DNA of 64,000 nt from Chrysomallon squamiferum (lineage: Eukaryota > Animalia > Mollusca), in NCBI GenBank assembly GCA_012295275.1, contig CM022675.1, positions 3,162,001 to 3,226,000 on the forward strand, given 5' to 3'. The notes beneath the pieces were generated by a model, which was not told where the DNA came from, did no database searches, and worked only from the letters and a program-made list of their open reading frames with translations. The translations under genes were made by a program, and so were the position numbers. Shown piece by piece: positions 44,101 to 58,576 of the stretch; positions within the stretch are counted from its first letter, which is position 1, and every line of letters starts with the position of its first letter.

Positions 44101-47080
44101 ACTTTAGCTCCAATCCAGTAAGATCCAGCTGTGACATCACTCAGTGATGTAATATCTGACGTACTGTACAGCTGTTCTCCATGGTGATGACATGTATAAA
44201 ATGCTGTATCCCATGTGACGTCATTTAATACATGCAGAGTAGCTGTAATAAAACACAATATATTTACTTACAAAATTAACAACAGTAACTCTATTTACCT
44301 TTTAATCAAAACAACAGAGACAACTGCAATAAAGAAATATAAATTTATAAAATACAACAAAAATAAAGTATTATTACTAAATAAGAAATATTTGCTAATA
44401 TCCATTCTCTGAAGAGAAGGATATGCACGTTTGTGTCCACTGGTTATAATGACAAATACTAGTGCACACAGACACGACTTTTCATAAAAATCAGATTTTA
44501 ATGTTTTATTTAGTTAACAAAATAAAAGAACATTTAGTTTAACTTTTAAATAAAAACTTTTTAATTCATAATGATACATTCACAAAGTTAAAATTTCTGT
44601 GTTTTTCTGGTTGAACTTTGACCTGCAAAAGTTTAGAATAATGAAAAATATTCTTATACTGTTAAAAATATTTACTGAGAATACAAATGATAATTCAGAA
44701 ACAATAGCAAAACAATACTAAAGAAACAAATAAATAAATAATTAAAGTTAAAAAAAAAGAAAAAAAGTGTCAAAATAAAATAATTAAATTTTAAGAAACA
44801 AGTATAAAAAATTAATTAATTAATCAATGCCCCTCTCCCAAAACCTATCACACAGATATTCATATTGTTTAATTTTTACCTGAAGTAATTGTTGTTTTGG
44901 AGGTGATCGGAACTTGAGTTGACGAAGAATCTATAAAAAATGTAAAACAAAAGACTTGAAGATAAACAAAACAAACAATTGTTTTAGTATCTGTCAGTTT
45001 ATTTCATTTAAACAGAAAATTATTGAAATAAAATTTAAGAGAAACACTCTGAATTAACAGTAGTGGAAGTTGTAACGGACGTTGTAGTATTAGTTAATGC
45101 TGCTTAAAATATATCTATATCTATCTATATATATATACATATAAATAAACAAACAAACAAACAAACAAATAAATAAATGATAAACTAGGAAACAAACAAA
45201 TAAACAAACAGCATTGTTTAATATTCACGTACCTGTCTGTTTTGTTAGTCTGTCTGTCTGTGTGGAAGTCTGAACACTGAAATCTGTGAAATGTTTAAAT
45301 TTAGTTACACATCAACCTCATTTAAACAGTCAACTACAACATTCCTTTAATCTATAAAATTACAATCATAAGTAAAACATATTTAAATGTCAACCAACAA
45401 TTGTATTTTCCCTTCAGCATTTCCTTTAACATGAGTGTTGTGATGACATATGATTAACACACAAGACACTGATGTTCACTTGTTGTGTATCAAATACACA
45501 CATCCTATTTTCACCAGTTACTAATGTACAGTTACTTAAACTGCCTTGAGTGTTATTACATGATGTAAATACAATTTGATAATTTCTTAATACAATTCAG
45601 GTAAAGTTTGTCTAATAAGATAAATACTTATAATACTTCCAGTTATAAGTTTAACAAGCTCAGAATCTACATCCAGTTAAAGTGAAACTCTATGTGATGA
45701 ACTGAAGCCAAGACAAAATAAAAAATAAAAAATTGTATTCCCTGATTTTAATCATCAAATGTGCTATATTCAAGCTATGAGTGAATAGAAAATGTTCTTA
45801 TTACATCATCAACACAGTTTTTATAAATGTTATGTTGTACAGATCAGATAACAATTCATGTATGAATTACAATCATTGATTCTGTCATCACTGTGAACTT
45901 GAAAAACTTCTGCTTGGATCACTGTTGAGTCAGACATCTCAAGCAATAATAACTTCATAACGTTTGGTCTCAGCAGACTAAGTTTAACTGCTTCCAGCAA
46001 TAATCTTCACCATACAGCATCTCAGTATCTTATACAAAACAACTGTATCCAGATAGAAGTTTTATATATGTATTGTATTAAACTTGAAGACCCAGGAACG
46101 TACCAAGTATGCACAAAATAAAGAAACTGTTATGCGAGATTTCAGGACGTGTGTTCTTTATCTTTCTACATGATTTTAGTTACTTCTCAAACAAAACAGT
46201 GCTGTTTTAAACTGGTACAGATAAGTAGAAAAAGTTACTAAATTTATTTGTTATAACCTACATTCTACAGTTTTATAATAATAAAATAAATAAAGAAATA
46301 AATAATACTTACTGTTAATACAAATAGCAGAGTGGACATCACTACAGTTACTAATTGAAAATGAAATGTTACGGTTTGAAATTTTTTCTACCAAAACACA
46401 TCCATTTTGTGTTATGTTTATATTCAGTTTTGCATAACCTGAAATTAAAATTTTTATGTAATGAAACAAAATAAAATTTAAAAAGTAGTCATTATTAAAC
46501 CAAAAAGAATCAATCAATCAATCAAACAACAAAATATAAATAAATAAACAAACAGACAAACCAAGTAAATAAATATAAATTCAGTATTAAAAGTAATTTC
46601 TAAAATCCTATGCAAAGTTCATAAATACTGCAAAGTTTAAAAAAAAAAAAAAAAAAAAAACAACTAGATAAGCAATCATAAAAGAACGAAAGAAAGGAAA
46701 ACAAAATAAGGAACAAATCAACAATTACACCGAAGTAATAGTAAAATAATAATCTGTAAGAAAGCACAACATTGTATTTGATCTTTTGAAAACTAATTGA
46801 GCTCTTCTTAAAGAAATATTCAGTAACTCACCACTGAAACTGTCAATCCACACTACTTGTTTGTCACGTTTTAATCCAATCCAGTACTTTCCACCTCCCC
46901 ACAGTTTTTGTCTTATTGTCTCAGAGTCTCTAGAGTTCGGTTTGACTAAAATGCAACTTGAATTAGATGAAAACCAGCTCTCAGTCATGAGATGATTGTA
47001 ACATGAGTTATTAGAAAACTGTCCTGGACCTGAGAAAAATATAAGCAATTAATTAAACAAATATAGTTATTATATAATTA

Positions 47081-47129
<49 letters not shown>

Positions 47130-50100
47130 ACACACACTTGTATTTAGATATGTGTGTGTATATATATGTAGATATATAGATAGATAGATAGATACACATA
47201 TATACACAAACACATACATACATAAAGGTATGCATGCATACATATGTAAAAACACACATACATACACACACATACACATATGCATAGTTACACACTTTTG
47301 CATATTCTATGCACACATATATGCAGTTGATTAGATATTTTTATATATATTCAAATCAAAGATAAATATATACAGACAGTTTCAAATATGAATACTTTTC
47401 TCTGTCTTTCTGTGTGTATGTACATATGTTTGTCTGTATGTGTGTATTGGCCTTTTTCTGTGGGTGTGAGTGTGTCTTTGCACTTGTGTCAGTGCATGCA
47501 TGTTTAGATTTAAACAGCTGAGGATGATATTCTGTATAATTATAGTACTGACTCACAGTTACAAACGAATCCTTTCTTTGTATCACAGTTTTCATCTGCT
47601 TTCAATATTAAAATACGTGGGTTATTTTCAATATAACCACACAAACCATGTACATCCAGATCAGCTGTTAAATCTGTAAAACACAGAATGTTGATGTAAG
47701 TAAAATTTGCTGTAGTACTAGTAGCAGTACTAACTAGGAGTATTATTAGTATATTGATGATACTAGCAGTGTAGTTTGAGGTAGTAATACTAGTGGTGGT
47801 GTCCTTGTAGTACCTGAAGAAGTGGCTCTACTGGTAGTAGTAGTTGTTATTGTTGTTGTTGTAACAGAACAAGAATATAGATTAACAGTGAGCTGAAATA
47901 CAGGACTGACTGAATTTGTTACAGTGATAGTGGGAGAGGATTTAAAAATGACAATATTCCAAACAGAATACACTGAGTATACCTGTATAATCAGAAACCT
48001 TTTAGAGAAATTTCTTAACAGAAATTCAGTTTGAAATTGTAGTCTGTATTTAATAAGCCATATATGAATTTCTAATAATAAATTAAATTTGCAAACTATT
48101 TTAAGATTTATATATTTTTTTTTATTTACGTTTGCTTAGGAATTATCAGTATCTTAACATTAGTGAAATAATATTTTACCTGTTTTGTAAATACTTATTG
48201 TGTTTTCAGTCCCACAGTTTTCATTAATGCTTCCTAAACAACCAGTTTTATTTTCTCTTTGAAAAGGTCTATCTGAAATGTTATTCCAGCTTCTCCAGTT
48301 AAAACAGTAACATTTCTCTTTCTGTAACAAAAGCATTTAGAATAATAAATATAACATGTTAAAATTAAAATAATTTCTTACCACTTTCAGACCAACTGAT
48401 TATGTTTCCCATTCCAAACATGGTAACATATTAATCAATGATATGACTGAGTTCTTTTAAAAGATGCTGCTAAATTGTAGGAACAGTTCTTTCAGTGACT
48501 AAAACCAGATACACGTTTTCTAATAGTTAGAAATATTTGAATATAGATGATCTGAAATGTTTAATAAGCATTCCTAGGCTTTATGAAAATACATTTTATA
48601 TTAAATTGTAATATGTTTGCTACATCAATTACTCTTTAATATGCAAAAAACAAAGAGTACATAAAAGACATTTAAAAATAACATTTTTATCTGTTTATGT
48701 ATGTATTGTGTGTGCTGCATGGATGTATGTATGTATCTATGACACATGTACCTAACTTTCATTTTGTGTCTATGTATATGTGCATGAATGACTACATACA
48801 TACATAATACATACATAGAGTGGAAACTGGCAAAACCAGATCACCATGATACCTCAAAAAATGTCCAGTTTTTAGATTCTCTTTTGCCATAAATTCTTCA
48901 CGTCTTAGATGACTGGCAAATTTCAGTGCTTTTTCTTTAATGATGGAGCCTGAAATTGGCTCAAGCATCCAAGAACCATTTCCCTGTGAGTTCATTCACC
49001 TCATCGTATTTGCATGCTGTTTTACATCTCATTTTCCAGCCATTTGCATTCTTTTCATATTCAGAATATTTGTTGTTTTTTTTCTCTTTAAAACCTCTGA
49101 TACTGTCAAAGTGCAGAATCATGTTGTTTTGTTCTACATCTGCACATGTTTACAGGTATCTATGAAATAAATGATCAAAAATATGAACTGTTACTTATAA
49201 TTTGTTTTTAGCACATCGATAAATTCATGAGATGGTTAGCAAGCTTTGTTGTAACATCACAGTGAAGATCTAAAGTGTGATTATGGTTGTAAGGCTCTAA
49301 GAAGTCCAACCACACAGATACACACAACTGATAGCCAGTATATCTGGTCTGAGATCTCACTGCAGTGTGTCTATCACAGCGATTCCCATAAGCTCAGTCA
49401 GGTTACTGCCCGAGTTGGCTTGGCTCTAGGGGTATTCAATACAGGATCTATATGGAGAGTGACCATGGAATCATTCTACATTTTTCCCCTAACAAAAAAA
49501 GGGACTGGTGACATTATTTGTCAATGTGGTTCGAACCTTACCACTTATCACCAGATCATTCATGTTTCAGAGATGTAATGAATCCTGCTTGTCATGTCAC
49601 ATCTCTGGACACTCACACCCCTGCCCAGGGATGTCATGATTTTTTGTGGATTCAGCAGACTTCCATCACAGTACATATGTATGTATGCATGAGTGTTAGT
49701 ATGTATGCCTTTGTTTTTGTATGTTTATATATATATTTATATATATTTGTTTATGTATCACATAGTATGTATGTGTGTGTGCATATTATGTTAGCTTAAT
49801 AAATAAATCATAAAATAAATCTATGATACTAACCTGCAATCCCACATATGTTACACTTGCAGTATTTGTGTGTTGCTGACATTCGTAGTAACATTGGCTT
49901 GCCTGGTTGTCATATTTGATTTGATAAAACTGTTCAGATTGTGATTTGTTCATTTCTCCAACATAATCAAACAGTGGTGTGTTATCCGCTGTAAACCAAA
50001 CTTGATTTGTTTAATATAATCCATTTATTAAAATAAGAAATAGTATCATTTATAGAAATTTGTGCATTTCTTTTCTACATTTATTGATCAATTCTGTCTT

Positions 50101-51158
50101 TCAGAAAGAAAGTTCAAAATAAATATGAATTGTATATGTTAAAAAGTATATATATGCTGTACATAACTAAAATTCAACAAATAAAAAATACAATAACAAC
50201 AACAACAATAATAGACAGAGATAATATGAAAGTGTTTTAAAGATATAAATAAATAACAGATAAAAAAAGAAAAAAGAATTGTTGCAAATATAATATAAAT
50301 ATTTTAATTAGCTTTGTTAATTTGACATACCTTTTGTGATGTATTTAAAATCACATGACTAGGTGCCTATTTATAGCACTGAGAGAGAAATAACAGTCCT
50401 ATGGTCTAATAAAATCTGTTACATATTGTTATAGTTTTGTATTTTATACCTTATATAACAATAATAAGTTTACATTGTGAAACAATATTTTCAAGTATAG
50501 TGATATATTTAATGAAGTTATCTTATTCATATTAACCAATAATATAATTTTAATACAACTGAATATTCACAGTAGTCATAATTCTTGATTTGAGTATTCC
50601 TTTAGATTTTGTGATCATAACTGCTCAGTAAACTAATAAATATTTACTTCACCTGTCCACATCCATGAACTGTACTGAACTTTAGCTCCAATCCAGTAAG
50701 ATCCTGCTGTGACATCACTCAGTGATGTAATATCTGATGTACTGTACAGTTGTTCTCCATGTTGATGACATGTATAAAACGCTGTATCCCATGTGACGTC
50801 ATTTAATACACGCAGAGTAGCTGTAATAAAACAGAATATATTTACTTACTAAACAAACTTTATAATCTCTGTCTTTTTCTCTGTCTCTTTCATTAATGCT
50901 ATCTAGTTAGCTACAAAAAAAAAGTGGCTTAAATTAGAATAATGGTATTTGTATGTAACTAGGTAGGTAATTTGGTAGGCAGGAGATAGGTACATATATA
51001 TGTAATATAATTATATTTGATGACTTAATAAAAGCTATTTAATTACATACAATAAAATAAAAAAAGATAAATATTTTACCTGATGCAGAGAACAGTTGAG
51101 AGAAAATCAGGCCAAAAGTTGTAAGAAGCAGACGACTTGTACCCCATAGACCAGCCAT
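38701..51158 (-). CDS. Receptor F: double-ectodomain CTLD/WSC receptor with short tail (~784 aa if defective stalk exons are skipped)
   Basis: Exons on minus: signal 51158-51080; unit 1 50820-50653, 49988-49834, 48321-48180, 47673-47557, 47029-46832, 46438-46313; stalk 45283-45233, 44930-44880; unit 2 44242-44075, 43352-43198, 42882-42741, 42566-42438, 42101-41904, 41646-41524; stalk 40404-40354; TM 39348-39270; tail 38923-38701. Stalk exon 40059-40010 is 50 nt and would frameshift; the next stalk exon has a GT>CT donor. Confidence 0.75.
48815..49675 (-). mobile_element. Degenerate pogo/Tigger-like DNA transposon fragment in an intron of gene F
   Basis: PISGSIIKEKALKFASHL..EEF resembles the CENP-B-type HTH of Tigger transposases. 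The segment lies in a TA-rich tract and is absent from paralogous introns. Its ends are degenerate. Confidence 0.55.
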
Positions 51159-52076
51159 GACACCCTGCTAGCTGTACAAGGAAGTAAAACATCTATTTTT
51201 TTTTACAACACCTGTTTTTCCAGAAGACTGATTTTGTAAAAAGATATAAGCAGAAAAACTGCAGTGATATATGAAACAGTTGTTAAACAGAGGTCTGAGT
51301 GTAAAACATTTTTATTGTTTATAATCTTACATCAGACTTTGTACATTAAAAACTTTTATCTTTAACAAATCAGAAAGTGAGACAAATATAGTGTGTCCAT
51401 TGTCCTAGGAAGACAATAACTTACACATCAACTTTAAATAAACTTACTAATATAGAGTATCTTTCTATCTGCTTGTTTTGTGTTTGTTTTTTGTTTCTTT
51501 TAAATCACCTGTTTCTTTATTGCTGTCTTTAAATTATGAATTTTGAATTTTAACTTAGCTTACATTATCCAGTTTATTACTTGTGTCAACAAACCACAAT
51601 AAGAAATAAAAATAAAAATAAAAACAAACAGAAAGGTAGACAGCATTCACAGAATAATTATTATGTGCAAGTCTTCATTCTTATATTTTGGTTTCTTTTT
51701 GTCTGTGTGAGTGTTTTGTGCACAAATTATTATATATAAACATATATACACAATGAAACACACACACATATATGATTATGTATGTGTGTGTATGTATACA
51801 TGCATGTATGTACATATAAATATACAAACACATACACTCACACATATCTATACATCTATATATAGCACAAACACACATACACATATTACTAAAATAAAAG
51901 TAGATACACCATTTAACTATTACAACAATAACATAAATAACAATGACAATGATAAAATAAGAGTATCATTTCAGTAAACCTATAAGGATGAAATTAATAA
52001 TAACAATAAATAACTGAAAATTACAAAAATAATAGTAGAAATAATTTATACATGTAAAATACAAAGAAAAAATTAC

Positions 52077-53403
52077 CTCATTAATCAGAAATTCCTGGAT
52101 ATTACTTCTTAAAACTTTTCTGACATCAGCTGTGCAGGAATATGGAGTCAAACCAGAACCTTTTAACTGTAGTTCACATCTCTCTTTTTTATCATTGACA
52201 ATCTCTCCCAGACACCTAATTTAAAAAAAAAAAAAAAGTAATAATAATAATAATAATAAATAACAACAACTGAAACATCAGTACTAATAATTATAATAAT
52301 ATCAGTATTTAAGAAAAAAAAAAAATTATTCAATCACAAGAAGAAGAATAAAACAGTAATAATAAATTACAAAACAATTATAAAAAAAATGTATATCAAG
52401 ATAGTTATAATAAATAATGTAATACTACTAGAGAGCCAATAATGTATGAATATGTGTGTCTCCATGTATGTATATGCATATGCACATTTATATATATATG
52501 ACTATGATAGAGAATATATATAATTATATATTGTTTATTTTTTTAATTTTTTATTAATTATATCCTGAATCAGAACTTTTGCTGACAGATGGATTGGGCT
52601 GCAAATGTCCCAAATGGATGTCCACCTAACAATGAGCAGATCAGTCACCTCCTGTCAAAATTTTTTGGGGACATCTTAAATCTGTTGTTTACCAGAATCA
52701 GGTCTGTTTTAATTCTTTGAAAGTTGAAATAACAATTGAATGTCAAAAACTCAGACAAACCCTCAACAGAGTAAAAAACAGTTTTATAACGAGTTGAAGT
52801 TTGTATCAATGCAGAGGGCAATCATGGTTGAGCATTTGTTATGATTATTATTAATAAAAAATTTATTCATATGTATCTAAATAAAAATCTTCAAAGTTTA
52901 ATGTTTCTGGGACACCATGTATATATATATTTTATGATAATGAATATATATAATTATATGTTTGTTTATATTTTAAATTTAAGTTAAATATTAAACAAAA
53001 GTCATAACTTACATTGCAGCACCATCATCAAGTTGACCTGCAAATGACCCAAACTGATGTCGACAGTAACAATGAGCAGCAGTCTGCGATCCTGGCAAAA
53101 TTTTATTTCCACTGAAATACTGGACAAAGTCAGGTCTGTTTATTTCTGTTGTTGAAATTCCCAGAAAATCCATCACAGACTCAGACACTACAACAAGTTG
53201 AGGATTTTTTACAGGAGTCTGTTTGACCCAAGAGAAACACGCTCCACTGACTTGTTGAACATAGTTATCTTCTTCTGGAGACATCTTAGAACAAGATTAT
53301 CAAAATTTAAATTTCTTGAGATTTGACATAGTGCAGCAGTTGTTCAAAATGTAACCAAAAAGTGCATATCTTTGAGAAAGTCATAAACTTTCTTACCTTC
53401 ATT
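52077..53403 (-). pseudogene. SELENOO: Selenoprotein O 5' fragment, copy 2 (two coding exons)
   Basis: Exon 53403-53013 is frameshifted near its start and reads YCRHQF and GQLDDGAAM. Exon 52215-52077 reads (M)[46 protein letters not shown], a decayed form of the SelO motif YLGE..WELQLKGxGxTPYSRxADGRKVLRSSIREFLxSE. Confidence 0.9.
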
Positions 53404-53693
53404 CTGAAAGGAAAATACATAGATTAATTTTCCATTACTAATGTGTATTATTAAGAAATTAAACTTTATCTTAAATTCAAACAATAAGAATGAATAATAT
53501 GCAATGGAATTTCATAAACTGCATTTCTTTTTTCTTTAGTTTGTAACAATAATTTCTTTTATCTTTTTTTTTTTTTTTTTTTTTTCATTTACATACACTT
53601 TGATACACATTTCTAGAAAGAAATAATTAGTAATTCAAGTTATCAACACACATTAAAGACCATAATCTGGTAATATGTACTTAATGTTTTGTA

Positions 53694-53739
<46 letters not shown>

Positions 53740-55328
53740 GTTTCAGGATTGTAATTATACAATATAATTATAATGAAAATTAACACTCAGCTAGTCACAT
53801 CATTCCAAATGTATACAAATGTATTATTATTATTTGTTTTTGTTTTATTTTATTATTATTTGTTTCGCTCTTGCACACCGCACTGCCTCACAGTGAAGTA
53901 ATGCGAGGATCAGACGAGACATTCGAGCGAATGTTTAAAAGATTCTAACATTCGATAAATATTAAAAAATAAAAATAACACAAGTAAGTTAATATATTTA
54001 TCCAGTCACCTATGATGACCTGTCAAAGGTGACAAAAGCTTAGAATTATAAATTAAACAAACCTTAGAATTTGATTTTGCCGGTCATAACCTGAAAACTG
54101 TAAACAGGAAGTGATATATTAAGATGTATTTTCTACCAGAAACTTCGAAGCTTCGAAGCATCGAATCACAAAGGTTAAAAAAAAGGATTTGTTGAATTGT
54201 GAAATGATACCCCATTTGATTAAATCTTGTTTAGAAAGAGTCCGCCCTGTTTATTTACCCTAACGAATCGAGAAGCGTTTAATGTTACACGATTTTCTTC
54301 TTTCATATTTTTTTAAAGATTTTAAGACAATTTCATCATAATAATAGATGACAAGAGACAGACATAAACGCAGACACGCGGAAAATCTTTATTTCATGAT
54401 TATATATATATATATTTATGTATGTATATGTATATTTACCTTCTTCGATTTTATTATTTACTTCCTGTTTTAACTCAAACGTCTAAAAATCCTAAAACGT
54501 AAGTATTTTTGTTGTTGTTGTTTTTGTGTGCGTGTTTGCGTGTGTGTGCGACCGTGCACGCGATTGTGTTTAAACAGATACTTTTTACTGATCTTTAATA
54601 AAACGTTTGGGAATGTTTCTCCCAACTAACTTTTGCTGAATGAACTCCAAACAAAGCTATAAATTAACATTTTAATCTGTATTAATATTCTAGAACTTTC
54701 TTTTAATCCTTTATTATGTTCAGCACCCTGTGACAGGCATTTTGTTAACTGAACTTCAACCAAGCAATGTCCAGATTTTCATAATATCAGCAAGTCAGTT
54801 ACTCAGTGTCCTGTCAAATACGAAATTTCACTTAGTCTGCCTATATGAAACACTTTCTTTGTATTAACTGACTCAAAGTGCAGCTCATGTTAAATCTTGG
54901 GAGACTTCATTTGTACAGATTTAAACATTACACTGAGTCAAGACGAGGTGTAATGATTCAAGAGCACGAAATCAGAAGCTGCCACTGCTGCGCGATGAGG
55001 CAAATTTTCTCAGATTATGCTCCACGGATATTTCAGTGATAATTGTGATGATAATTCAGTTTATAATTAGTTCTTTGTAATGATGTTAAGGAAACAAATT
55101 TCTTCTTGTTCTAACTATCCGGAAAAAAAAAACACACACAAAAAATTGATTTCTTGCAAAAAAAAATATTAGATTTTAAAACATTCACAAAAATCCGACG
55201 ATCTAGACAAAAGAAAGACGCAGCCGAAATGGTTTCCAGTCAGAAAGAAATAATTGAGACGCTGTATGTATGTGGATATACGTACATATTTAAGTATGTG
55301 TATATGTATGTATGTGTGTATGAGTGTG

Positions 55329-55359
<31 letters not shown>

Positions 55360-56600
55360 GTATGTTTACTTTGTGTTCGTTTTTGTGACGAAGATGAAGA
55401 TGTCGATCATGAAAGCTATAATTATAATAATTCTGTTCTTATTTTGAAGATGACGACGACGGCGATGATGGTTATAATTTAAATTATGATAATGTTATGA
55501 TGAAAACATTAGATGATTAAAATTAAGATGATGATGATTTTATGATGGAAACATTAATGATTTTATTTTATTATTTAATTATTTAAAAAAAAACTGGTTT
55601 GTACTGTACGAAGTTTATTCATTCTATCTAGAAACAAATAAATAACTACACATACATATACACATATGTAAACACGAACATACATACATACACATATATA
55701 CACACATCCATATACACACATCCATATACACAATATGTATACACATATACACAATATTTATACACATATACACACATATACACACACATATAAACACACA
55801 TACAAACATGTACAAACATGTACACCCAGTTACACATACACGTATATACATGTCAACATACACATACCTAAATTCATACACACATATACACACAGCTACA
55901 CACAGACACGTTTGTTTATGTTTATGTATACAAAATGTATATGAATGGATGCACATAACTACCTTCGTACACACACAAACACATACGTATGAATACAAAT
56001 GTGTGCTTGTCTTTTTGTATGTACGTTTACAGATACATACACACACATACAAAGGCACAGATATTTTTATATAGATGCATCAGCTACCTACGTGCAAATA
56101 TTCACATAAACGCAGACATATATTTTCTAGCAATTATTGCCTCACTGCTTACGTTTTCTTTTCACTTTTTTAGTATTTCTTTAGATGACCTCTTTTTCTT
56201 TCCTCTTTTTATTCTGTTTCGTTAACACAAATAGTAAACTGAATAACGCAAGCTAATTTAAAATTCATATTTTAAACTGAGCGACAAAGAAACAGAGATG
56301 GTTTATAAAATAAATAAATAACAAATAAAAGGAACACACAGAAAACAAGTTTAGCAAGGTTATTTGAAGCTGATGTCTGAGTTATTTTCTTTCAAGGAGA
56401 ACAAAGTCAAAGTCTGGAGCACACTTCTAGCTTCCTCGGTAATTAAAATATTTTATTATTAATCATTTACGTATAACTATTTTTGCGTATAACAAGAGTT
56501 TTTCAAGTTGCTATATCATTTTACAAAATAAATCGTTTGATTAACAGATATTCTTAAAATAGATCGATGTTTTACTTACTTGTACAGAAAACAGGGTGTC

Positions 56601-58127
56601 ATGGCTGATCGATGGGGTACAAGTCGTCTGCTTCTTATAAACGTTTGCGCAGTTTTCTATCAGCTGTTCTCTGCGTCTGGTAAAATATTTACCTTTTATA
56701 TTCTATTTTCTAATTTATACGCAATTATATCAGCAAACATAAAGTCGTCAGATTATTTTCTCTATGAAACAAATAGCATACACATATATACATACGTATG
56801 TACGTATATATATAGATAGATAGATAGATACATACATACATACATACATACATATACATATATATATACCATTAGTTAATTTAAAACATTATTTTTTTAT
56901 AGCTAACTAGATGCCATTAGTGAGAGACAGAGAGCAAATGTTTGTTTTCTATGTAAACATACTGAGTTTTATTACAGCTACTCTGTATTAATGTTTGTTT
57001 TTTAAGTAAATATATTGTGTTTTATTACAGCTACTGTGATTGTATTAATGGTTGTTTTATAAGTAAATATATCGTGTTTTATTACAGCTAATCTGCATGT
57101 ATTAAATAACATCACATGGAGTAGTGCGTTTAATACATGTTACCACCATGGAGAACAACTGTACAATACGTCAGATATTACGTCACTGAGCGATGTCCTA
57201 GCTGGATCTTACTGGATTGGAGCTAAAGTTCAGTACAGTTCATGGATGTGGACAGGTGAAGTAAATATTTATTAGATAACTGAGCTATTACAATCACAAA
57301 ATCTAAAGGAATACTCAGATCCAAAATTATGACTACTGTGAATTTTCAGTCGTGTTAACATTATATTACTGATTAACATTCTTTTTGATAGACAGAATTT
57401 AGCAATAAATAGAGCTAACTGAAGAAAAGAAATGCACATACATCTATAAATGTTACTATTTCTTATAGTTTAACTTTTCAAAATGGATTATATTAAATAA
57501 CTCAAGTTTGGTTTACAGCGGATAACACACCACTGTTTCGTTACGTTGGAGAATTTAAGGAATCACAATCTGTAGAGTTTTATCAAATCAAATATGACAA
57601 CCAGGCAAGCCGATGTTATTTTGAATGTAGAAAAAACAAAACTTATGCACATGATGTACTATGTGTTGGTTTGCAGGTTAGTAACATAAATTAAATACAC
57701 ACTCACCCCCTACCCCTCACACACATCCTCACACACACACATACATACATACATATATATATACATACATACATACATATATATATATACTAATATAAAT
57801 ATACTTCGTTTGTGACATATAAGCTATCCTGATTGAAACAGGAAATAGTTTCATTTAAACTTGATATAAATGTGGTTTCTATTTTCACACGTGAGATATT
57901 TAATACTTTAAAACGTCTCTTTTAAAGGGAGATAACTGTTATTGTTTACCAGAAATTGGCTGCTATGACGTTTCAAGTAGAGGTCTTCAAAGAGAAAATA
58001 AAACGCGTTGTGAGGGAAACTCCAATGAAATCTGTGGGACTGAAGACACAATGAGTCTCTATGACACAAGTAAAATTTTGTTTGCGTCTCTAGACTTTTT
58101 TATATTCATCTCTGATATATCTGGAAT

Positions 58128-58186
<59 letters not shown>

Positions 58187-58528
58187 TTTCAGTCTTTTTT
58201 TAATTTGACTTATTTAAGTCTTTTTAAATTTAACGTTTAGCATTTATTATTATTATTACTATTATTATTATTGTTATTATTATTATTATTATTACTATTT
58301 TTTTTAAAGTAAAATAATAAGTGCCACATTAAGGTCTGAATAGGATCGATTGATGTATATGTAAATAAACTATAAAATTTGTTGCATTTTTATTCTTTAT
58401 ATAATTTCGATCGTAGAAATGTAAACGAAATTTACCACTAAACAAGTTTGTTAGTTCAGCGTTATACTTGATAATTAGGAGAAAAAAACAAAACATAAAC
58501 AGAATAAAATAAAATAAAACAAAGTAAA

Positions 58529-58576
<48 letters not shown>

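Noticed and set aside
47746-47983. Thr/Ser-rich ORF as an extra mucin exon in gene F
   Set aside because: The nearest acceptor gives a stop in the required phase, and no counterpart exon exists in paralogs.
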